Shown here piece by piece: positions 54,516 to 64,000 of a DNA stretch of 64,000 bases. The position numbers and the translations under genes were made by a program. Position 1 is the stretch's first letter, and each line of letters begins with the position of its first letter. The stretch spans positions 372,001 to 436,000 of the forward strand of contig MU053652.1 of NCBI GenBank assembly GCA_013239625.1, read 5' to 3'. The notes beneath the pieces were generated by a model. It searched no databases. It had not been told where the DNA came from and was given only the letters and a program-made list of their open reading frames with translations. Source of the DNA: Lama guanicoe. Taxonomy: Eukaryota.

Positions 54516-57451
54516 GATTGGTGATTCCTAGTCTTTCCTTCCCACCATTTCCAGAGGTGTGATGATACAGTCTACCAACGCTAATCAGAATATTCCACAC
54601 CTCAGGGGAAGGAACAAGAAAGAGTCCAAGAATATCACATCTTTGAAACTATTTTCTTGAATTATGACTGAACTCAATCTCTTCAGTTGGGTTTTAAGTT
54701 CTTAAGGGAAGGGATCATGGTTCTTGCATCTGCAGACTCCCTTCCTGACGAGCAGAGTACTTTACTAAAAATATCAAAAACTTAAGGAGCTGTGATAGTT
54801 AATTTGATGTTCCCTTGTTTTTCTGTGCAACCCAGGTAACAGAGGCACCAGCGTGTTACTGGGTGGTTTTTTCCCCTTTGTCAATTACGTTTATCTATTC
54901 TCAGAAAACACCTGATTTCTTTCACTGTCAGCTTATAAATAAAAAGAAAACAAATCTGAAAATGATCGTAAAACAAATCAGAAAACAGAGGAAAAGACTA
55001 TTTCTGAACAGCTGAATGTAAGAAATAAGATCAGAAAAATGTTGAGTAAAATAGATTTCGAATCTACAATGCTACTTTTCTCGCTCAATTCACGAGGAGC
55101 TCACAAGCAATAAAGAAGGAACTCGTTGGACAAGACAATGAAGAATGAAAAAAGCCAATAGATTACAAAAAAAAGTGACATCAGCAATACATTTTCAGTT
55201 AGGTTTTGCCTGGGCACACCTGCAAGCTACCTAAGGTCTAACTGGAGTCCAAACATACAAAACCAAAATCCTATTTAAGTTTTTAAAACCTGAATCTAGT
55301 AAAGACTCCAAATGAAAAGAAAATATTCTGTCAACTTGTTTGTTTTAGATCCTGATGTTTCAAAAGTACACATCCAACTGTCTATTTGACATTGCTACCT
55401 AGATGTCTAATGAGCATCTCAAACTGAACATTTACGAAATGGAACTCTTGATTTCCACCCCTCCCCCAATCTTTCTTGTCCTTCAGTCTTTCTCACCTCA
55501 CTCAATGGCCTTGGCAACCACACAGCTGCTCTGACCCCAAAAGCTAGTGATTTTCCTGGAGTCCTTTCTTCATTGCCACCAGTACCTGCACCCAGTCCAA
55601 TCAATCAATATATTTTTATCAGTTCTACCTCCAGAATACACTCCCAATCCAACACTTCCCACACTGTCACCTCTGCCACTCTGGTGCTCATAACTGGTCT
55701 CATCTGGTCACTCTGCTTCCATTCATATTTCTCCATGAAGTTTTTCCCCCATACAACAGCCAGAGTGATCTTTTAAAAATATGAATGAGTGAATGAATGA
55801 ATGAATATCTCTCTACTGCTTAAAACCCTCTGATGGCTCCTTAATGCCTTCAGAATAAAATCTGAAATATTCATTTACACTTGAAGAGCCTGCTATAAGT
55901 CTGGCTCCACGACCTCACGTAATGAGGCTCCAGCCCTCCTCTTTCTTTACCTTCCCTTCTGCTCCTCCCCGCCCCTTGTTTACGGGGCTACAATCACACT
56001 GGACTCCTCTCTGTTCCTCCGAACTGCCAAGCTTGATTCTGTCTCAGGATCTTGTGAATGCTGCTCCTTCCGCCTGAAACTCTTTTCCATCAGGTCTTTG
56101 TACAGATGGCTCCTTCTAGTTACCTCGTCCCAATTTCTCTGACCACTCTGTCTAAAACATAAAATACCAAATCCCCCTTTCTGGTCAACCCCAGCCACCC
56201 TCTGCACTGCCCAGAATGATAACACTAGCTACATGTGGCTACTGAGCACTTGAAACGTGACGAGTCCAAATTCTGATGTGACATTAAGTGTAAAAGATGC
56301 AGTAGATTTCAAAGGCCGAGTACAAAACATGCAAAATATTTCATTAATAATTTTTATGTTAATTACATGTTGAAATGGTAATACCTGGGTATATTGGGGT
56401 AGATAAAGTACATTATTATGATGTACATGCTTCTATTTTTTTAAATGTAACTATGAAAAAATTTAAATTATTCATGTGGTTCACATGTGTAGCTCACTTT
56501 ATATTTCTATTCGATAGCACTGTTTAATTCTGTTATGCTTTTATTCTCTTAGTTACACTCATTTGAAAGTTTCCTTTTTGGTTCCTCACTGGCTGTTTCC
56601 CCTGATTAAAGTGCAGCTCCACGAGGGCAGGGAACCTGAGGGTTTTGTCACTACTGTATCTCAATTCTTAGAACACCGCCTGGCACGAAGAAGGCGCTCA
56701 ATGAGTACTTGTGGAATGAGTAAGAGAATGATTGGTGATTCCTAGTCTTTCCTTCCCACCATTTCCAGAGGTGTGATGATACAGTCTACCAACGCTAATC
56801 AGAATATTCCACACCTCAGGGGAAGGAACAAGAAAGAGTCCAAGAATATCACATCTTTGAAACTATTTTCTTGAATTATGACTGAACTCAATCTCTTCAG
56901 TTGGGTTTTAAGTTCTTAAGGGAAGGGATCATGGTTCTTGCATCTGCAGACTCCCTTCCTGACGAGCAGAGTACTTTACTAAAAATATCAACGCAACAAA
57001 GTCACCATGGTGGATAAGCTACCACATTTTGAGCACTTATCCTGTGGCTGGCATTGCACCTATTTTATTTCGTTATTATTTCATTTATAAAATCTGTAAA
57101 AGTTAGAGATTATTGTTTCTATTTTTACAAGAAGGAAGCTGAGTTACTAAAGTTAATTCACTGATTTAAGATGGTCTAGTCAACTGGAATAGACATTCCA
57201 ATCCAGATGCTTCTGATGTCATCGGCTATGCAAACTCCGAAGCACCACACTCACAATACTGCGTGTGCTTCAAAGCCTCAGTAAGTGGTGACGGAGTAAC
57301 ACTGAAGATCAGTGTCAGTGTAAAAAAGAGCGTCAATAATAAGAACCAAAAATGATGGCGATACTCTCCAGAAATAAGCAAGTGATTTATGACCATTCAT
57401 GACCCACAGTGCACTGAAATCACAAAGTCTGGGGCTTTCCTGGTGTCATAC

Positions 57452-57593
57452 CTGACTTCCAGATGGAGGACCAGCAAGCAGCGGTCAGCCATGTCCTGGA
57501 AAGATTTGGCAAGTTCGCTCAGGGTTTGCATGATCTGCTCCGACACTGGAGGGAGATCCACGTTCGTGTGGCTGTCTTGAGCAGGAGACAGAT
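57452..57593 (-). CDS. EXOC4: EXOC4 (Sec8) internal coding exon, 142 bp (probably orthologous to human exon 15)
   Basis: Translates (x|AT)[46 protein letters not shown](AG|), which I recognise as Sec8. Acceptor ctttcag|ATCTG and donor GTCAG|gtatga; phase 1 in, phase 2 out. Confidence 0.96.
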
Positions 57594-57789
57594 CTGAAAG
57601 AAGGGGTGTGGAGAAAACACCCATCATTTCATTAGATGCCAACAGATTTCAAATGACATGATTTTGCTGTTCATCATGTTGTTTGTATTGATTCGGCTAA
57701 TGCTATTGTTGGTAGCATTAGACATCCAAGGCATGAGAGACTATTTCTGTACTTGATTAAACACAGTAGCTCAGATGATTGTCTTGAAT

Positions 57790-58560
57790 CAATTCACAGA
57801 AGGATAGAAACAGAATCTCAGAGTTGGATGTAAACTTCGTCATCTGGCCCAACCATGTGGTCTATGCTTGTTATTTGTGCATCTTCAAAACTGGCTGTTC
57901 AGCTTCTGGTTGCAAACCCAAACAAGCGTTTGGGAAAGGAAACTCCATGCTTTTTGTGGCAGCCTATTTCATCTCTGAAAGACACGATCGTCTTACATCA
58001 AGCCATATCTGTTGTCATTGACTTTTAACCATTGGCCCTGGTTCTGCCAACTTTGCAATCACTCTCCTATGCGAAGTACTTCCACTAATGAAGATATCTC
58101 TTTTGGCTTCCTTCAAGTCTTCTCTTTTCTGGGCTAAATGTCCCCAGATTTTCCACTATTCTTCAAATAATCCAAATGAGTTATTTTATAATTCCCAAAA
58201 CTCACCAACAAAAACATGCCAATTGTTCTATACCTGCTTGAAATGCGGGACCCAGGACCAAACACAATTATTACTAGAGTGGGCTGACCTGACAAGGGAG
58301 AATGATCAACTCCCTTTTCTAGATGCTGTGCTGCTTGCATGTAAGCCTAGAATCTTCTGGGGGGCGGAGAGCAGTAGTGTGCTGCACTGTCCTTTAACTT
58401 ACATGGAGCTGACAAGGCATCTAAAAGCCCTAAAAAGGTCTTTCTTGAAAATTTGATAAATCTAACTTCTATATCTCTCCCAAGTCATTGATCAAATATT
58501 TAACAGCACTTGGACATTTTCTGCAGGAAAATACTAAGCAGCAAAAGTGTGAGCTACATG
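57790..58560 (-). mobile_element. L3/CR1 LINE fragment
   Basis: TCTTCTCTTTTCTGGGCTAAATGTCCCCAG and TGCGGGACCCAGGACCAAACACA match the antisense CR1 RT-region pattern. Confidence 0.6.
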
Positions 58561-58922
58561 TATTTATGTCTAGATTTCCATTGTGTACCCAGTTCCCTAT
58601 AATTTCTCAAAGATTGCCAACAATAATTTGGTAATTTCATTGAAAAGTTTCTTGAGTTCTCTAGAGCCTCAAAGACTGGCCTTGAGTCCTGTCTCCACTA
58701 CTTACTTACTAGTGTGACTAAGAGCTAATTACTTAATTTCTGTCTGCCTTAGTTTCTCCCATAAAATGGACTTAATAGTATCTATATCATGTCTTTGGGA
58801 ACACTGAGTGGATTATTGAAGATAAAACACTTAGGACAACAGCACATAAAACTCACTCATACATTAATATAAATAAAAAACACAAATAATAATTATTATT
58901 TAGCATGTGATATCCAGGTCTT

Positions 58923-59045
58923 TTTTGGGGCGAGGGGAGGCAATTAGGTTTATTTATTTATTTTTAATGGTAGTACTGGGGATTGAATACAGGACCTCGT
59001 GCGTGTCACGCACACTCTACCGCTGAGCTATACCCTCCCCACCCC
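58923..59045 (-). mobile_element. tRNA-derived SINE, Vic-1 type
   Basis: Reverse complement reads GGGGAGGGTATAGCTCAGCGGTAGAG...AAACCTAATTG. 11-bp TSD ATCCAGGTCTT (58912-58922 / 59046-59056). Confidence 0.88.
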
Positions 59046-61149
59046 ATCCAGGTCTTAACCTGAAGTCTCAGGCTTACTTATAGCAACAAGAGATTTAAAA
59101 GATAACTCCATCCATCTTCAAGTTCTATTTTCATTTAACAGCATCTTTTGCTTTTCCACCTGAAAATTCTATCAGAGAATGACCAGAGGATGTAGTGTCC
59201 TTTGGAAGAAGGGCTTCCTGGACTTAGGGCCCATGGGATCCGGCGAGGCACTGCTGACTAACTCAGGAGGCGTTCACCTTACAGAGCGGGAGTCAACACA
59301 CCTAGCTGAAGTAGCACCTGTAGTTACGGGCTTTTAGCACCGCATCTATTCCTAGACTCTGCCAAACCCTAGAGAGACAGTCAAGACTTAAAAGGCTAAG
59401 TTCTCCTCTGTGGAAGCAGACTTTAATAAATGAAAATATCATGGCAAATATTAAGAAAAAGAATTTTGTTTTCAGGGACTAACGTGTAAGGAGGAAGGAA
59501 ATGCAGCAATGTAGATTTAAGATCATGACGAGCCTTGGCATCGTCTGAAAGTTCATGACTGGATCTGAGGACTGGAAGTGGCCGCTGCTTTCTCTAACGT
59601 CCTCGTTGCTCATGCTGTTTGATCGCAAGGTGAGATCCCTGCCTTCACAACGTTTTCATCGGGCAGGCTGGATGAAAGCAACTCTACGTAACGTGTTTCT
59701 CACATTTCGAGGCATTTCAGGGCTTTTGAGCCCTCAGATTCCTCTGTGGTGTGACACTAACTGTGGCAGGAAGAGCAATCTTTGTGTCAACCAAAAGAGG
59801 AAGAAATCAAAACCCTGAAAAAACTGGATTCGTGGTCTGAGGTCCAAAGCTAGGCTAATCTCCCAAACTCTATGAAAGGCATTTTGGACACATTTCACCA
59901 AGAAAGTTAGAAAAAAAAATCCCCTTTTTATTATAAAAATATACAATTTCATCATGTGTTGCAACTGACTACTGCCAAACTGCAAACTGAAAAAAAAAAA
60001 TCCAAGTAGAGTTAATCAGTCAAGGTAAAACTTGAAAAGAGTGAGGGAAATGTAATTTAGAACAGCAGCATGCTGTGCATTTTGCTAGACTATAATCTAC
60101 AGCAAAAACAACATTTCAGTAAAACAACATGAAAAATTATGCCCAGAGCTCCACTGAAAAGCTGGTTTGAGAATTCCTCACGGCTCACTGAAATTTATAA
60201 AGTTTTTTTAACAAGAAGGAATAAACTGAGCAAAGAAATGCTGAGCATGACGAAGACAACACAAAACAATTAACTAGCTCTTAAGAGTCAAATGGGAATT
60301 TACAAAAAAGTGATGCTGACAGAACCCACTTGGGAGGTCACAGTCAAGACAGGAGGTTACTGGACACACACGCACACACTTTCTCTCTCTCTCTCTTTTA
60401 GAGGCTATGTGGTTATATATTTATCTCAGGGCTGCTCTTCATATTGGCAGAACCCATATATTTGGAGCTTTAACAATATTAGTATTTGATTATTTTATGA
60501 GGATGTGTACTTTGAACTGTTGTTCTAATACTGGGGACGGGTCACATCAGATAATTCAAAATATCCTTGTTCCTCTTACAGCCATTGTATAAAAGCAGGC
60601 ATCTTCGAGATAACTATTTGCAGCAACATAACCATGGCTTTCTGAACCAGATTGACTGGTCTACATGAGGAAGCTGAACCTTTGGTCTCTGGGGCAGACA
60701 CTCCTCGTTACATGAACCAACAGATATTGCCAGTTTCTCCCTTGCTCACTCCACTGTCGACTCTGGGGAGCTAAATGCCTGCACCTCTAGCCTTGCTTGT
60801 AGCTAGAAGTGGCTACATGTGACCGTTTGGCCAACGACCTCATTGTAGATTCTTCTGTGGCTACTTGACCTAACCCTGGGCTATTTGTACAACTCATATC
60901 TTGACAGGAAAACAAAAGTACAGATTGTTGCCACTAAAATTTCCTGAATTTTAATCTTGAAAAAGCCCACAACACCATCTGTCAATCCTTTCCTGGTGCC
61001 TAGCTAGCTCCCCAGGTCCCCAAGGACAGATCCTTCCCACTCTTGTTAACACCTCTCCTGAGGACATCCGATTCTTAGTGAGACTTCACAAGAATTGTCA
61101 GCACTTGTTTTCTCCATAGTCTTGGCTTCTATTAACTCTTCCATGTGCC

Positions 61150-62690
61150 CCAATATGATTTCTACCTTCACCTCTTTATTAGATAATTATTCTGATAAGT
61201 GTCACCAGTGGTATCCTAATTGCCATAACCCTTGGGTGCTTTTCCATCCTCATCACAGAAAGGCTCTCTGCTACATTCCACAGGACTGGCCATTTCCTTT
61301 TTGAAATTCTGTTTTGTTTTGTTTTTTTCCCCAGTGGGCGGAGGTAATTAGGTTTACTTATTTATTCTTAGAGGAGGTACCGGGGATTGAACCCAGGACC
61401 TCACGCATGCTAATTATGCGCTCTACCACTTGAGCTATACCCTCCCCCCTTGAAATACTGTCTTCTTTTGGCTTATACGACACCACGTTCCTCCGGGTGT
61501 CCTTTCACCTCTCTGCCATTATTTTCACAATTTCCTCCACTGGACCCTCTTCCTCTAGCACCCCTACAAGTGCTGGGCCCCCAGGGATGTTTTCCTCTAT
61601 TAATTTCCCTTACGTATCATTCTATATGTTATCTCTGAGTGAGCACATCAATTTTCATGGTTTTTGTGATGATCTAGGAACTGATGACTCCTCAACTTCA
61701 ACTGATCAACTGTTTGCAAGCTCTCTTGACCTGTACATCCCGCGAGCATCTCACATATGATGTGTTCAAAACTAAACTCATTATCTATCTTTAGCATCTG
61801 CTCTTTATCCCAAACTCCCTGTCAGTGGTACAGCAATCTAGGAATCTCAGCTGCAAACATGAGAGTAATCTTTTAATCTCTCCCCTCCCTCCCTCTTCTT
61901 GGCAAAGACTAATTTCTGCCAACTTTATTTCCTAAATGTTTTCTTAATCTATTGTGTCTTCCCTCTATCTGTCGTCACTTTCCTGGTGTAGCCTTCATCT
62001 CTTCCATGGACGACTGCAGCAGTCTCCTGACGGGTGTCTCTGCCTCATGCCTGGCCCCTACCTTAACTCAATCCTCCACAGTTAGCTAATTAAATATGAG
62101 TTAGATACACAGCATTATTTATCTAAGACACAACATTTGACTATGTTAACTTCTTGTAAAAATAACATCAATGTTTCCAGTTGCTTATATGATGAAGCCT
62201 CTTAGTAAGGCTTTCCATCATTTGTGGGTTCTGCCCAACACTCAGTTTTTTTCCATCTTTCACCACTTTTTCCTTCCTCTCCAACTATCCCCTCCCCAAT
62301 CTTGCCCTCTGAGCCACCCTACTTTGAAAGCAAATTCCCTAAATCCTAAAACATATTATGCCGTTTTAGGATTCTATACCTTTGATGACTTATATTCCTC
62401 TTTCTAAACAATTCATGCTTTCTGGCTCAGAAAGTCTTTCCTGATTCTCCAGGCAGGGTCACCGGTTCCTCTGGACGTTTTTCACGCAGTTCTATTATCA
62501 TATTCAATTGACATGATCTTTTTATCCATATGTCTTCCTACCAGATCATTAACTCCTTCAAGGAAAGAATTATGTATATACATACATTTATATTTATAAA
62601 TATATACATATTTCCCATTTCCCACTTTCAGGGCCAGCAGAATAACGAGATATAATAGGAGCTCAATCAATGCTTTTTAAAGCAGAACAA
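61150..62690 (+). mobile_element. LINE-2 fragment split by the SINE at 61313
   Basis: Pyrimidine-rich L2 pattern (GTTCAAAACTAAACTCATTATC) ending GGAGCTCAATCAATGC. Confidence 0.65.
61313..61449 (-). mobile_element. tRNA-derived SINE, Vic-1 type, inserted into an L2
   Basis: Reverse complement reads GGGGGAGGGTATAGCTCAAGTGGTAGAGCGCAT...GGGTTCAATCCCCGGTACCTCC. TSD TTGAAATT/ACTGT (61301-61312 / 61450-61461, one mismatch). Confidence 0.9.
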
Positions 62691-63097
62691 ATTATTTAAT
62701 TGACCAATATAACATGACAAATAATTCACATAATACCATATTGATGGTCAGGCAAGAGAAGGAACGACATGCCATTTACAACTATAACTTTTGCTTTAGT
62801 TTCTTGAGTATACTTTAGCGACAGAGTGGGGAGAGGGAAGCAGTTTCTTAGAGCTGGTTCCCTGGGCTCTCTAAGAATCTTGCAGTACAGCTTAAAGCAA
62901 TTCTGGCCAATCCCTACAGACTAAGCACTTTTTCCATAAACTGTATTGCCTTTAGAAATCACTTTAATTTCATGAGTCTACCTTCCTGCAGCCGAGACCT
63001 GGGGAGTTTGTTTTCCATTGACATAAAACCCCTGGCATATCGAATACTCAGCATCTCTCAAGGAAAGCCATATACTAACTGTCACGGAGAAGCAATC

Positions 63098-63198
63098 AGC
63101 CCAAGACATTAGGATGTCTCAAGTGGTTCCACATCCTAATATTAACCAGACTGAAATTTGTTTAGGTCTTAAAATTAGTCAAAATTGGACTCATTCAG
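63098..63198 (-). pseudogene. Highly degenerate 5S rRNA-derived sequence
   Basis: Aligns without gaps over 101 nt to the reverse complement of vertebrate 5S rRNA (recalled sequence), about 60 identities by hand, with mismatches mostly C>T/G>A; includes CATCCTAATATTAACCAG. Confidence 0.6.
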
Positions 63199-64000
63199 AC
63201 CCAGAAGAGCATCTGTTTTCAAGGATGCAGCTGCTATACTTTCCATGGCAACTTACTGTGACTTCTATAATTGATTCATATGAGGATGTCCTTGTGCATC
63301 TGCAATATTATCTAAAATTGTTCCAATATTAGCTTAGACTAGTATCAGCTGTCATGAAAGTGATAAATTGAAGAGGGGAAGATGGTTATCATGGCAGGAA
63401 AAAAAAGGTTAACTCTGAATTCAAGCTTTTTCAAAGATGGAAAAAGACAAGGAAGAATGATCTCCTGAGACTTTTCTCGCTGGAAAACATTTTAGAAGAT
63501 CAAATTTTGGTATAACCATTATTTCTGCCTCTTCTTCCTTTTTGTACAGAGAAATGACAGACACCACATAATGATCTCTGCTTGAACCTGGGATAAAATT
63601 CTTTCATTTCCAATTTTCAGTTTTCCTATTTAGAAAATTGTAGTAATAGGACCTTCCTAACCACTAGAGCAATGTGTTATTAGGTTTTGCAAATAATTTT
63701 GAGATCCTCTGATGCTGTTATCTGGCTGACATTATTAAAAAATAAAATTAGGGGTACTGATTAGGCCTGTGACATTCAGAACTCATGGGGCTCACAGAGT
63801 CAATGGGGGCTGTGACAGGAAAGCATCCATCTAACCTCTTTTTTTCTCCCTAAATAGCTATGGTATATGCTCCGATCATGCATGGCACCAGGGTAGGATT
63901 TAAAAGTGTCATACGCTATAATACGACAGTTCCAAGTTGGAACTCTTAATGCTTGCTAGCTCTATTCTCAGCCTTTGTAATTTCTCTGTACCACTACCCC

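Larger units (their letters stand above)
52564..56991. repeat. Head-to-tail tandem duplication of a 2,214-bp unit (copy 1 52564-54777, copy 2 54778-56991)
   Basis: Constant offset of 2214 across the unit, with duplicated ORFs (e.g. 52601/54815, 53359/55573, 54349/56563). Nine substitutions found by eye and no indels. Confidence 0.97.

Noticed and set aside
1..64000. CRISPR arrays, operons, prokaryotic or viral coding cassettes, NUMT, or a processed protein pseudogene
   Set aside because: I saw no repeat-spacer arrays, no long ORFs, no compositional island and no recognisable non-EXOC4, non-L1 peptide. A BLASTX search would be needed to exclude very decayed fragments.

Overview
This is mammalian genomic DNA, most likely from a camelid (camel, alpaca or llama), inferred from four Vic-1-type tRNA-derived SINEs and the absence of recognisable Alu, B1, Bov-A or PRE-1. 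The whole window lies inside EXOC4 (exocyst component Sec8) on the minus strand. Three internal coding exons are present: 57452-57593 (142 bp), 47320-47498 (179 bp) and 44429-44588 (160 bp). All have AG/GT boundaries and splice in frame to the C-terminal Sec8 sequence (probably human exons 15-17). The terminal exon and the upstream exons are outside the window. The rest is intron, dominated by interspersed repeats: L1, L2, L3/CR1, MIR, MLT1, hAT MERs, and two solo ERV1-type LTRs with 4-bp TSDs. The most notable structures are (1) an exact head-to-tail 2,214-bp tandem duplication (52564-56991) whose few differences are strongly clustered, (2) inverted SINEs bracketing a phase-symmetric 321-nt exon pair that would form a stop-free circle if back-spliced, (3) a MER41-like solo LTR in sense to EXOC4 with a GAS/BCL6-type motif and AATAAA, and (4) a highly decayed 5S rRNA-derived sequence. 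I found no convincing novel protein-coding system. Repeat family names come from recall of consensus sequences, and old-repeat boundaries are approximate.
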